Source of the DNA: a virus
Reading direction: 5' to 3' (one strand)
Length of the DNA: 64,000 bases
IMG/VR virus record: IMGVR_UViG_3300022891_000002
Location: 32,001-96,000 of that record
Positions 17,805-28,100 of this stretch are shown in pieces. The notes below the pieces were generated by a model that was not told where the DNA came from, made no database searches, and saw nothing but the letters and a program-made list of their open reading frames with translations. Within the stretch, counting starts at the first letter, position 1, and every line of letters begins with the position of its first letter. A program made the position numbers and the translations under genes.

Positions 17805-18292
17805 GAAAAATAACTTTTATAGGTTCTACTAATACCAGTTATTTATTTGGTAGACCTAAGAAACCATCAAGATTAAAAAGTGCGGGAATAGGTGCTGGTG
17901 TAGGAGTAGCTGCTGGTTATAATGCTGGTGGAATTCCTGGTGCAGTTATGGGAGGACTTAGAGGTGCTACTGATAGTTTTGTAAGGAAGAACGGCTATAA
18001 CTCTTTACTTACTAGAGCTAAAAGATATGCTCCTACTTCTTTTGCTGGCAAAGTAACTAACGATGCTAAAACTATTGGAACTCTATCTGCTGCTGGAGGT
18101 GGATTAACGGGAGCTGTTAGAGGAGGAATCAAAGGACTTAAAGGTGGTTGGAAAGGTGCTTTAGGAGGAGCAGTTGGTCAAGGAGCTAGGTCTGCATTTG
18201 GTGCTGCTAAAAAAGGAGCTGCTGTAGGTGCAGGAATTGGTGGATTGAGGGGATTGAAGAGAAAGAAAAACTATTTATTGCCTACTTCTTAA
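17801..18292 (+). CDS. Gly-zipper basic protein with conserved leader
   Basis: MRKITFIGSTNTSYLF-GRPKK, GKVTNDAK and many GxxxG motifs. Confidence 0.75.
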   Translation: MRKITFIGSTNTSYLFGRPKKPSRLKSAGIGAGVGVAAGYNAGGIPGAVMGGLRGATDSFVRKNGYNSLLTRAKRYAPTSFAGKVTNDAKTIGTLSAAGGGLTGAVRGGIKGLKGGWKGALGGAVGQGARSAFGAAKKGAAVGAGIGGLRGLKRKKNYLLPTS

Positions 18293-18294
18293 AT

Positions 18295-18654
18295 ATGAGT
18301 AAAAGTAAATGCAAGTTTAGGTCTAGGTTTAACACTTGGAAAAGAAGTAGAGAAGCTTGGGAGGTTAGTAGAAGTCTTATTCGTAAGTCTCTTTACTTAT
18401 GCCCTATTTGTAGATTACCTCTATCACTAGGAGAAGGACATTTATTCCATATCATACCTATTAAACTACTAAGTAACTATAACTGTATTAGTTTAGTAAG
18501 TAATGAACTTAATCTACTTTACTCTTGTAAGTCATGTAACTTAAGACAGAGAACTGACATTTACCTACCTTGCTTAGAAGATAAGTTACTAACCTTATGG
18601 ACTAAGGTAACTAATAACATAACTAAAGATAATAACTATGAGAAATGCGCTTAA
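18295..18654 (+). CDS. HNH endonuclease-like protein
   Basis: CPIC...HLFHIIP...NLLYSCKSCN. Confidence 0.7.
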   Translation: MSKSKCKFRSRFNTWKRSREAWEVSRSLIRKSLYLCPICRLPLSLGEGHLFHIIPIKLLSNYNCISLVSNELNLLYSCKSCNLRQRTDIYLPCLEDKLLTLWTKVTNNITKDNNYEKCA

Positions 18655-19147
18655 AGTAGATAAGATATTTAACTGGCAAAGTGATACGAGTAATGGTACT
18701 CAGAATAATAACTGTAGGTTACAGATATACTCTCCGTTGTACGACTTTGATGAAACAAGTAAAGCTATTAAGGTAAAACGTAGATACTTAAATCCTAAAG
18801 AATACGAGGTAGTTATATGTAGCGACTTTAATGACCATGTATCAGGTTCTATTACTACTGAGATTTATAGTTTAGCTAGTAAGGTAATTAAGGAACATAC
18901 ATTGCTAGTTCCTCATACTATTTGGATTAATAAATATGAAGAACATCATGAAGGACTCTTTCATTTTCAATACTCAATTTCATTAGTAGATATAGATAAT
19001 AACTACGTAAGTAATAGTAGCTTTACTTATTATCCTATTTGGCAAGATGAATTAGAGTTTATTATGACTGGTGAACCTATCTATTTTAAACAGTTAATGT
19101 CCGCAGGCTGGGAGAAGTTATATAACAGATGGAGAACAAGAGTATGA
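18638..19147 (+). CDS. Hypothetical protein
   Basis: 169-aa ORF overlapping its neighbours; no function recognised. Confidence 0.6.
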   Translation: MRNALKVDKIFNWQSDTSNGTQNNNCRLQIYSPLYDFDETSKAIKVKRRYLNPKEYEVVICSDFNDHVSGSITTEIYSLASKVIKEHTLLVPHTIWINKYEEHHEGLFHFQYSISLVDIDNNYVSNSSFTYYPIWQDELEFIMTGEPIYFKQLMSAGWEKLYNRWRTRV

Positions 19148-19516
19148 AGAGAATTATATTTATGGGTCAAGTTAAAAATAAAAATATAGAATTTGGACTT
19201 CTGAGAAAAGATAACGACCAAGAATAAGTATGGTTTAGTGAATAATCATAGTAAAAGAGAAATAGCTTTAGGCACTGTCTTAGGTGGTTTAGCCGGAATG
19301 AATGCTGGAGGAATATACAACGATGCCAGAGCAGCCAGTGAAGTAAACAAACGTTTAAGTATTAAGGATTTAGATAAAAGAATAAAAGGACAATGGAAAG
19401 CTAAACTAACTGGAGCAGTTATTGGTGCAGGATTAGTAGGAGGTAGTCAACTATTAATGAGAAAAAATAAGAAAGACAAAGACGGACGTTCAGATAAAGG
19501 TAAAAAGAGAAAATAA
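19144..19516 (+). pseudogene. Frame-split member of the leader-bearing Gly/Lys family
   Basis: The ATG at 19144 gives MKRIIFMGQVKNKNIEFGLLRKDNDQE* (27 aa). The Gly-rich body is in the +1 frame, open from 19205 to 19516. Confidence 0.6.
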
Positions 19517-19594
19517 TTCATTCCCAAACTGAATAATTTCTTTATAAGTTACACAACTCAATTAGTATAAAAGTAAAGTCAAAAATCAACAATT

Positions 19595-20425
19595 ATGGCA
19601 GATAACAAAAGTCCATTACAAGCAGCTAATCTTTTAAAGTTTTTAACAGGTGAGTTAGTCACTTCTCCTTTAAATAACAATTTATATATTGCTTTATCTA
19701 CTACTCTTCCTACTGTGGATGGTGGTAATTTTACTAGACCAGCTTCAGCTACAGGTTATGCAGATGTTCCTTATCCTACGGGAGTTAGTTATTGGACTGA
19801 GCCAGTTAATAGAACTTGTACTAATCAGCAACCTATCAAATTTAATAAAGCACTGACTCAATATCCTACAGTCGTTGCTATTGGATTATTTGATGAGACT
19901 TCTGATACAGTTCCTATCTACTTTGGTCATATCGATTTAGGTATTTCTATTGAACCAGGGAACTCTATTTACTTTCCTCCTAGTGCAATCACTATTAAAG
20001 AAGTTAAAGATACTTTTAGTAAGTCAGATTACTTAGCTAACTCACAACTAAAGTTACTTAGGAATGAAACTTTTGAAACTCCTGCTGAGGTGTATTTAGC
20101 TCTTGGAACTATGGCTCCTACTGTAACAGGAGATATTGGTGAACTTGCAACTTCTAAATCACCTGGGTATATTCGTGTTCCTATTCCTTGTAATGCTGCT
20201 AACTGGCAACTTACTGGTAGACAGGTTCGTAACTTAAAAGAAATTGAGTTTCCGGCTGCTAATAATGCAGCTTGGGAACCTATCAAATCTTTTGCTTTAC
20301 ATCGTTCTGCTACTGGTGCTGGAAATATGCTGTATTGTGGAAGTTTTGGAGCAAACGATACTAAAGTAATTAATTCATTAGATATTCCTATTGTTCCAAT
20401 CAGTGCCATTACTATTACTGAATAA
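19595..20425 (+). CDS. Tail/virion protein with two tandem repeated domains
   Basis: LYIALSTTLPT..GYADV..IKF and VYLALGTMAPT..GYIRV..IEFP are duplicated domains of a type seen in phage tail-associated proteins. Confidence 0.6.
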   Translation: MADNKSPLQAANLLKFLTGELVTSPLNNNLYIALSTTLPTVDGGNFTRPASATGYADVPYPTGVSYWTEPVNRTCTNQQPIKFNKALTQYPTVVAIGLFDETSDTVPIYFGHIDLGISIEPGNSIYFPPSAITIKEVKDTFSKSDYLANSQLKLLRNETFETPAEVYLALGTMAPTVTGDIGELATSKSPGYIRVPIPCNAANWQLTGRQVRNLKEIEFPAANNAAWEPIKSFALHRSATGAGNMLYCGSFGANDTKVINSLDIPIVPISAITITE

Positions 20426-20427
20426 TC

Positions 20428-21330
20428 ATGGACTACGCATTACAGGCTACTATTTCTACTGATAATTCCAAAATGGAGATATCAGATATGAAGTACCAAA
20501 GAGCAGTAAAAGCTACTATGGAAATAGATAGTAGTTCCATGACTATTGATAAAGTAAATTTCAATAGAGCAATAAAAGCTACTATCTACACTGATAAGAG
20601 TAAGGTTGAAGGTGTTCTTACTAAAATAGCTGCTTATATGGCGACTATCTACACAGATAAGAGTGCTATAAGTCTTAAACTACAGAAGATTGCTGCTGCC
20701 TCTGCTCACATAAATATTCCTGAAGCTAAAACTACTTTCTTTATTTCTGCTTTACGTTATGCAAAAGCTACTATATCTTCCGGTATTAATAGCGGGATGC
20801 AAATGTTTATGAAAGTAAACAGGGCTTTAAAGGCAGTAATGGAAGTAGATAGTTCTTCTTTTAATATTGCTACTATACAAAGAGCCATTCTTACTGAGAG
20901 TCCTACAGGTCAGACTTATGTAATTATTAAAGGAGTAGATGTAAGTCTCAATGGCTATGCTTTAACTAGAAACTCAGTCCATGCTATTAATATCTTAGTC
21001 TACGGAGATAGATTAACCCAAGAAGGTAGTCAGATAGAGTTCATAGTTAAAAGAAATATTTCTGACCCAGATGACACTGCGGTTATCTATTCTTCTACTA
21101 GAAAGGGCATTAAGTTTATTCAAGTTAAGACACTTCCTGACTCAACTATTAGAGAGTATAAAGCTCAAATACAATTGAAAGAATCGGACTTCTACTTAAT
21201 TACTAACCAAAGACCTACCAAACTCTACTATGAAGTGAGAGTAATAGATAGTTTAGATGGTCGCTATCCTCCTGTAGAAGCTGGATATTTTAATCTAACT
21301 ACTACGTTAGTAGATAATAAGTGGGGTTAA
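20428..21330 (+). CDS. Virion structural protein with N-terminal short repeats
   Basis: Repeats of the form RAxKAT[IM]xxDxS, then a C-terminal BppU-like segment. Confidence 0.5.
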   Translation: MDYALQATISTDNSKMEISDMKYQRAVKATMEIDSSSMTIDKVNFNRAIKATIYTDKSKVEGVLTKIAAYMATIYTDKSAISLKLQKIAAASAHINIPEAKTTFFISALRYAKATISSGINSGMQMFMKVNRALKAVMEVDSSSFNIATIQRAILTESPTGQTYVIIKGVDVSLNGYALTRNSVHAINILVYGDRLTQEGSQIEFIVKRNISDPDDTAVIYSSTRKGIKFIQVKTLPDSTIREYKAQIQLKESDFYLITNQRPTKLYYEVRVIDSLDGRYPPVEAGYFNLTTTLVDNKWG

Positions 21331-21331
21331 T

Positions 21332-21916
21332 ATGGTAACTTTATCAGCAGATTTTAGTGGACTTGAAGGATTGAGTAAAAAGTTTGAGAATGCTTTGAAA
21401 AGGAGAAAAGATATTTCTCAACTAGAAGCAGGTATCAAAGAGGTATTAGTAGAAGATGTAAAGCTGAGGTTTGCTACTGCTCCTTTAACTAATAGAGGTG
21501 GAATGGCTCATGGTAACGTCTATTGGGCAAAGATGACTCCTAACTGGTTAAAAACTCATCCTGAAAGAAGCGGTAAACCTCTACTAAAAAATACGGGTAA
21601 GTTACTCAATTCTTTGATGATGGGTAATGATGATTCAGTATTTTCTATTACTCGTGAAGGTTTTCAGTTTGGTACTAAAGTCGGTTATGCTAAAGACCAT
21701 CAACCACCTGAGATAGGAAACACGATTCCTCTTAACCTACTTCAAGATGAAAGAATGACTGATGTGTATAGAAGTAAAGGTAAACTTGCTCCTAGACCTT
21801 TTCTCTTTATTCACAAAGCTCTTGAAGATGAAATAGTAGATGTAATATCTGAGTTTATTCTTACTGGGGAAACTAGGATAAGAACTAAGTCTAACGTTAA
21901 GGAGTTAAAAGAGTAA
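21332..21916 (+). CDS. Virion morphogenesis / tail completion protein (Mu gpG-like)
   Basis: RF...P...W, LKNTGKLLNSL, GTKVGYAKDHQ and PRPFL. Confidence 0.75.
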   Translation: MVTLSADFSGLEGLSKKFENALKRRKDISQLEAGIKEVLVEDVKLRFATAPLTNRGGMAHGNVYWAKMTPNWLKTHPERSGKPLLKNTGKLLNSLMMGNDDSVFSITREGFQFGTKVGYAKDHQPPEIGNTIPLNLLQDERMTDVYRSKGKLAPRPFLFIHKALEDEIVDVISEFILTGETRIRTKSNVKELKE

Positions 21917-22461
21917 TGTACGGCAATCTACCTCCTAGAGCGTTAGAAAATTTACAAGCTAAAACCAACTTAGGTTCTACTCAGAAGTTTTCAGCTAACT
22001 TAGATATTAAACCTTATAGAGATGAAGTAGTTAGTTACTTAGCGGAGTATTTATTTGAGTACATAAACAAAGAATACTCTAATTATGTAGCTGCTCATCC
22101 TCAATTAGGCCAGACTTTAGGAAATATAGCTGTCAGACATTACGCTATTTATGATACTTACAATGCTCCTACTACTGCATTTCCCTTATTGAAGGTTTAT
22201 AGAACTAATGATGATTGGAGAAAAGGTACGACTGTAAGAAGCTCAAATATTACTGTTACTTATTCTCTTATAGTTCCTGACCAAGAGAAGTTAATGCCCT
22301 TACTCAATTGGGTTAGTTATCAGTTACAAAAACTTTTAATAACTCCTAGCTGTAAAGTAAAAATTGATTCTGGTCTAAGAGTTCAATATAGGACAATGAT
22401 GAATGAAGTTGGTCAAAATATTCATTCTTTTATAAGAGCTGACCTCTCAATTACAGACTAA
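21916..22461 (+). CDS. Putative tail terminator
   Basis: Position after the tail completion gene, size, and an FPLLKVYR strand. Confidence 0.4.
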   Translation: MYGNLPPRALENLQAKTNLGSTQKFSANLDIKPYRDEVVSYLAEYLFEYINKEYSNYVAAHPQLGQTLGNIAVRHYAIYDTYNAPTTAFPLLKVYRTNDDWRKGTTVRSSNITVTYSLIVPDQEKLMPLLNWVSYQLQKLLITPSCKVKIDSGLRVQYRTMMNEVGQNIHSFIRADLSITD

Positions 22462-22477
22462 TAAATAAAACAAAACT

Positions 22478-22843
22478 ATGGCAATAAATATTACTTTTCC
22501 CCGTCCAAAACTTGTTACTACTTTAGATGAAACTGTACCTATTACAGCAACTTTAGTAGAAGACACAACTAACAAAGTTTATGCCGTTGACCTTAAATAT
22601 ACAGTTACTAAAGATGATGCGAGTTCAGCTACTAAGGTAATGAAGCGTGTAAAACTGATTCCTGTTATTCAAGGAACTACTCTTAGACTTGATGTACAAG
22701 AATTGACTTTTCTTCCTACTGCTCCAGATGCTCCTACAGATGCTCAGGCTATTACTCCTACCGCTGAAATTATTAGAGGTACTGTACTAATAGATTTAGA
22801 TGCTTTCCTTACGGGTGTAGGTGATGCAAGGAAGAATACTTAA
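22478..22843 (+). CDS. Hypothetical virion protein
   Basis: 121-aa ORF in the tail operon. Confidence 0.5.
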   Translation: MAINITFPRPKLVTTLDETVPITATLVEDTTNKVYAVDLKYTVTKDDASSATKVMKRVKLIPVIQGTTLRLDVQELTFLPTAPDAPTDAQAITPTAEIIRGTVLIDLDAFLTGVGDARKNT

Positions 22844-22875
22844 GAACTAAAAACATAAGATAACAAATAAAAGAT

Positions 22876-23637
22876 ATGACTATAGCAAAACAAGAAGCTA
22901 CAATTATTGGTATTACTGAGGTTAAGTTACAACGAGTAAGTGATGGACTAATTTACCATTTACCTATTCCAGCCAATATGGTAATAGATACGGCTAAAGA
23001 TGAACGAGTAATTATGGGTAAAAATAGATTAGGTAGAAGTGTTGAAACTTCCTCTTATATTCGTGGTGAAAATCCAAGTGTAACTATTTCTTACCAACAC
23101 GTTCAGCCAGAGCTACTTCAATTTAGACTCGGTAATTATTTCGAGACACAGACTAAAGAATTATTCATTCCAGTAACTTTTAATTTATCAGAAGGAGGTA
23201 CGTTTCCTGCTTCTACTGCTCCTAACTTAGGTCACTCTATTATTGCTGGCGCAGATGCTTTAGCTTCTATTAAAAAACCTAATGGGATGTCGCAAGCTTT
23301 ACAAGAAGGAGTAGATTTTACTATAGGTGCAGGTGGAGCAATTACTTTTAGTCCTGCTTTGGTTGCTGCAAAAGAAACGGTTTCAATGTTAATTCCTTAC
23401 ACTGTTACTGGTATTGGGATTGGTAGTCAGCTAATTGGTCAACATAGAGTAGTTGCAAGTGCGGTAGATACGGAAGGATATGTCTGGATTTTCTATGCAC
23501 CAAATGCTAAACCTTCTGCTGCTGGTGGAGCTATTGATTTCTCGGCTGAAGGATTTGATTTACAACTTAAGATTTATCCGAGTGGTGGATGTCAAGCTTT
23601 CACTTTAATGAAGACTGGGGATAAAGTTTCTTGTTAG
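22876..23637 (+). CDS. Major tail tube protein
   Basis: 253 aa, beta-rich, with a QEGVDFTI..GAITF insert. Followed by a terminator, then the chaperone and TMP genes. Confidence 0.6.
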   Translation: MTIAKQEATIIGITEVKLQRVSDGLIYHLPIPANMVIDTAKDERVIMGKNRLGRSVETSSYIRGENPSVTISYQHVQPELLQFRLGNYFETQTKELFIPVTFNLSEGGTFPASTAPNLGHSIIAGADALASIKKPNGMSQALQEGVDFTIGAGGAITFSPALVAAKETVSMLIPYTVTGIGIGSQLIGQHRVVASAVDTEGYVWIFYAPNAKPSAAGGAIDFSAEGFDLQLKIYPSGGCQAFTLMKTGDKVSC

Positions 23638-23657
23638 GTTCCTAAGTAGCTAGTCAT

Positions 23658-23696
23658 TAGAGGTCGTACCTAAATAATAAGTAGACCTCTATTTTT
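23658..23696 (+). terminator. Probable terminator between the tail tube gene and convergent minus-strand genes
   Basis: TAGAGGTC...GACCTCTA stem followed by TTTTT. Confidence 0.5.
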
Positions 23697-23877
23697 ATGT
23701 CAACTCTTCTCTTCTTTTATCTAACTTGTTTCGTAACTGTTCACAATCAGAAGCAATATTTTCATCTACTTTATTAGTACCTTGCTCTTTATCTGCTTTT
23801 ATATTTTCTTTGACTCTTTCTATTTCTCTAGTATCTTTAGAAGTTAATAAACCGTCTGGGTCTTCTTGTAGATGCAC
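23695..23877 (-). CDS. Hypothetical protein
   Basis: 60-aa ORF with GGAG upstream. Confidence 0.4.
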   Translation of the reverse strand: MHLQEDPDGLLTSKDTREIERVKENIKADKEQGTNKVDENIASDCEQLRNKLDKRREELT

Positions 23878-23889
23878 CTAATTAATCTC

Positions 23890-24306
23890 CTATAAACTAT
23901 CTATTTTAGAAGAAGTAAGTCTAGAAACTATTCCACAACTCCAAGAGAAGAAAGCAAATTCTATTACCTGCTGAATATTTAGAGTTAGATTGCTAAAATC
24001 TATTACTAATAAGAGGTAAACTAAGTAACCTGCCCAGCATCCTTGACAGAAAGGACAGATATTTAATTTATGTACTATTCCGTAAATACCTTTCCAAAAC
24101 CAACTTTGAGGAGCATCTAACTTGACAACTATTAAACCACTTTCTGTTTTTTGAGATTTCTTACTTGAACTAATTACTTTTTCTTTTATTTTTTTTTCTA
24201 ACTCTTCCCATACTAATTGCCAATAGAAGAATAGAATGAATCGTAAACTTATAGCATAGAGAAATAATAATGCTATATTAGTAGACGTAGATTGGACTAA
24301 CAACAT
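23890..24306 (-). CDS. Membrane protein with CPxCxGxW motif (DUF1360-like)
   Basis: LNICPFCQGCWAG flanked by TM segments. Confidence 0.55.
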   Translation of the reverse strand: MLLVQSTSTNIALLFLYAISLRFILFFYWQLVWEELEKKIKEKVISSSKKSQKTESGLIVVKLDAPQSWFWKGIYGIVHKLNICPFCQGCWAGYLVYLLLVIDFSNLTLNIQQVIEFAFFSWSCGIVSRLTSSKIDSL

Positions 24307-24319
24307 ACTTAGAACCTCA

Positions 24320-24823
24320 ATGAAGAACTTTAAAATTCAAGTCAAAAGCTATGACTTAGAAACAGACACTTACAAAGTAGATAAGACTTATATTGTACAA
24401 CGCTCTGTTAGAAGTGATTTAGATACTATTGTAACTCTACAAAAAGAAGCTCTTTATCATTTTTTAGAAGCAGATACAAACTTAGGGGAGATTGTTAGAA
24501 GTAACGATGCTTGGGAATGTCTGAAAACTTTTGCTAGTAATCTCAATATCTTGGGTCAAAAACAGAAAGGATTTGATTTAGAGGAACTTGCAGATGATAT
24601 TGAACAGATTAGTAGAATCTTTATTAGTCAAAGTATTCCTGACGAAGGTTATATAGAGCGCGATACAGAGGGGGATATTCGTTGGAAACCTTCTTTAATA
24701 TCTGAGTTACATAAACTTAATTTTGGGTTCTACTTTAATGAAGAAGTGGGAAAGTGGAGGGAGAGGAACGACTTGCTGACGGAAGAAGAGAAAGCTCAAC
24801 TAAAGGAAAAACCCAAAAGCTAA
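24320..24823 (+). CDS. Tail assembly chaperone (gpG-like)
   Basis: Lies between the tube and TMP genes and overlaps a downstream ORF in the -1 frame. Confidence 0.55.
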   Translation: MKNFKIQVKSYDLETDTYKVDKTYIVQRSVRSDLDTIVTLQKEALYHFLEADTNLGEIVRSNDAWECLKTFASNLNILGQKQKGFDLEELADDIEQISRIFISQSIPDEGYIERDTEGDIRWKPSLISELHKLNFGFYFNEEVGKWRERNDLLTEEEKAQLKEKPKS

Positions 24824-25128
24824 CAGCACCAATTCCTAGTAGTGGAGAAGTTTCAATAGACGAATTAGCTCTACTACTAGAAGTTTATAGGGAATATCCA
24901 ATTAACCCTATAAGAGATTTATGGGAGAAATTAGATAAAGAATCTATTAATCTTCTTATTGGTCAAACTCTCGAACATCATAGACCTCAAGAAGAAAGAG
25001 ATAAAGAGCTAGCAATTGAAAGATACAACGAACTCAAAGAAGAAAAAGGACTTCAAGGAGCTATTGCAATTGGCGAACAAGTAGTCTTAGCTAACAATCT
25101 TCTGAACTTTGAAATTACTCCCGAATAG
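24754..25128 (+). CDS. Tail assembly chaperone, gpT-like part (probably reached by -1 frameshift)
   Basis: In the -1 frame relative to 24320..24823, with a GTG start, directly before the TMP gene. Confidence 0.5.
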   Translation: MEGEERLADGRRESSTKGKTQKLTAPIPSSGEVSIDELALLLEVYREYPINPIRDLWEKLDKESINLLIGQTLEHHRPQEERDKELAIERYNELKEEKGLQGAIAIGEQVVLANNLLNFEITPE

Positions 25129-25136
25129 ATATAAAT

Positions 25137-28100
25137 ATGGATACTTCAAGCAATATTAAATTTAATGTTGAGGGAGATGATAAACTCTCTCAGTTCTTAG
25201 AAAAAACTCAAAAATCATTTAAAGAGCTTAACGAGAAATCTCTTAGGTTATTTAATACTGGCTTGGGAGAAGGTTCTAAAAATTTAAAAGATATTACTAA
25301 ACAGTTCCAAAACAAAAAGAGTATAGTAGATAGTTTAGTTAAAGATTACGGTAAAGCTACGGCTGCTACTAATGATTGGACTGCTTCTTTAGGTAAGTTA
25401 ACTAAAACCACTGCATTATTAGGAAGAGCTTTAAATGCACTAAATATTGCCTCTATTGGCTCTGGAGTAGTTAAAACGGTTAGTACCGGAGTAGCAGAAA
25501 TCTTAGAGGCAGTAACACTTACTCAGACTGGTTTGAATACCATGGCTGCTTCTGGTTTTGATGGTACACCTTTAATGAATTCTTTAGGGGAAATTACTGC
25601 TGTTTTAACGGGTAACAGTCAGGCAATAGAAAGCTTTTCAGCAAGGTCTTCTGCTGCTTTTAACGCATTTGAACAGAAACTAAATGAAGTTAACATTGTA
25701 TTTGGATTGTCTCAAGAAAGATTATCTGAATATGGGGACTCCCTACAAAACGGTTTAGAGAAGAATCTTAAAAATAGTGTAGGTTCTCTTACTGCTCTTA
25801 ATGCTGCCTATCAAGCTGCTAGTGCCGGATTTACTGAATTCCAACAAAACCAAGATGTTGTTAACCTAGCAATTAAAGCTAATAAAGCAGCCCCGGGAAG
25901 TGACCTATTCCAGATTGGTGGAGCTATTGGTAAAGGTGCAGGTATTCTTGAAACTAGAGATATTGCAGAATTAGAAGAAGTAACTGCTAAATGGCTGGCT
26001 ACTGAACAACTAGGTCTTACTACTGTAGGAGACATGACTGAGTATATTTCAGATATGTACAGCTCCCTTAAAAATGCAGGTATCGGTACCAATGACCTGG
26101 TTAATGAGACTCAAGGTTTGGTAGTAGCATTTACTAAGTTAGGTGGCAAAGTTACTGACATCTCAACAGAAATGCAAGCCTTCGCTCGTAACACTATTGG
26201 TAAAACTCCTGAAGCAATGAAAGCTTTAGAAGGATTGGTAGATGCACAGGGGAAAGCAATTACTCTCAACCAAGAATATTTTGGTAGAAAAGGAGTTGTT
26301 CAGGGTATAGTTGACTTTGCTGAAGCAGTTGGCTATAACACTGAGAAAATTAAGGAAGTTTATAACGAGACTAATGCTTTCAACTTTGCAATGAAGGTCT
26401 TAGCTCAAAACGGTAATCTTGCTAAGAAATCTATTGAGGATATTAGTCAAGTAACTTCTGAGAATTTAACTGAAGCTTTTGATTCTGCTACTTCTTCGTC
26501 TCAAGCAAAAATGGAACAAATCACAAATGCTTATGATGAGATAATGATTTCGTTTGGTAAAGCGTTCCAAAAGAGAACTGAGGAAGGTGTTAAATCTGTT
26601 GAGTGGTACAAAGAAGTTTTAGTTAAATTCAAAGAGCCATTAGTAGAAATAGCTGAACGCATGGTTAATTTCTATGATGGTTTAGGTAAGATAACTGGAA
26701 CTCTTGGCGCGTTAGCTAAGATGTTGTTTGGTATTGCCGGAACTATTATTTCTTTTAGAGCTTGGGGATTAGTTTTAGGAGGAATTACTAACGGCTTTAA
26801 AGATTTAAGAAAGGAAGGGTCAGTAATAAAAGAACTCTACCAATCAAATCAAGGTTTATTAGCTATCGGTAAACAAGTTCTTGGGTTAGACCAGCAAAAA
26901 CTTCTAAGTCAAAATAGAATTAATGAAGCAATTAAAAACTCTGCTACTTTAGAGAAAGAGCTTAGTAACTCTATTGGTAAGTCTAGTGCTGATAGATTAA
27001 ATAATATCGGAGTAATTAAAGAAGAGATAGACTCAATTGTTGCTCGTGACCAATCAATTATCAAAGGTCAACAGAACGTAACTAAAGTAGAAGAATCTCT
27101 TAAAAGTAAAACAGATAAACGAGATAGTCAACAGTCCGACGTTACAAATACTCAGAAAAGCTTAGCTAATCTTAAAGTTCTTAAACAAGATATAGATAAC
27201 ACATTTAAAGACAATGTAGAGAATACTAAAAGGTCGGTTCGATTACAAGAAATAGCTACTGAACAATCTGCAATTACACAGCGAAAAGCTAGTAAAGAAG
27301 ATTTAAAAAGATATGTGGAGCTTAATACTGAAAAGCTAAGACTTCAAGATACTTATAACAAAACTACTCTTGACCAATTATCTTCTCTAGAAAAACAGAA
27401 ATCTATTCTTAATAATAAATCTAGAAAGTCAGAAAGAGATTATGCAGCTTTAGATAAACTCAATACAAGAGAGACTCAATTACTTGATAGGGAAAGAACT
27501 AAAGATAGAACTCCTTTAACTCAAGATAAAAGAAACGAGCTAAATAATACTCGTAAAGATGTTGTTACTAAAATAGGTCAAGAAGAATTAGTTCTATTAA
27601 CTCAGAGACAAAAGTTACAAGAAGCTAACAACATAGTAGATAAAGAAACTGAAAAATTAAATAAAGCTAAAACCGACCAAGCTGAAAAACTTAATAGAGT
27701 TACTAAGACTACTACTGAATTAGCTGTTCTTCAACAAGACCTCAATACTAAGAAAAATACTTTAGATAGAGTTAATATTGCTTTTGAAGGTCAGCAACAG
27801 AAACTTTATACAATTCAAAATGCTTTAAGAAAAGAACAAACTACTTTAGATAAGATAAGAAATAAAGATAGTGTAGAATACTTACAACAACAGAAGAAGG
27901 TACTGACTCTACAAGTAGAAGAAGCTAAACAACTTTCTACTGTCCAAAGTGCTAGAACTACTCAACAAGCAGCACAACAAACTTATAACAAAGCAGAGTT
28001 TGAGAGTAAAAGAAAATCTATTCAGCTAACTAGAGAACAAGGACTAGCTGAAGGTACTCTTATTGAGATGAGAACTCGTTCAGGTTCAGTTGCCCTTAAA

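Noticed and set aside
14547-18292. Bacteriocin or RiPP precursor cluster as the explanation for the leader-bearing Gly-rich genes
   Set aside because: The leaders lack a double-glycine site and no transporter or modifying enzyme is adjacent. The C39-like protein has endolysin architecture and context. Links to head genes fit better, though membrane toxicity is not excluded.
6306-20409. ORFs 6306..6572, 7613..7795, 15287..15568 and 20029..20409
   Set aside because: Each lies largely or wholly over better-supported genes, in another frame or on the other strand.
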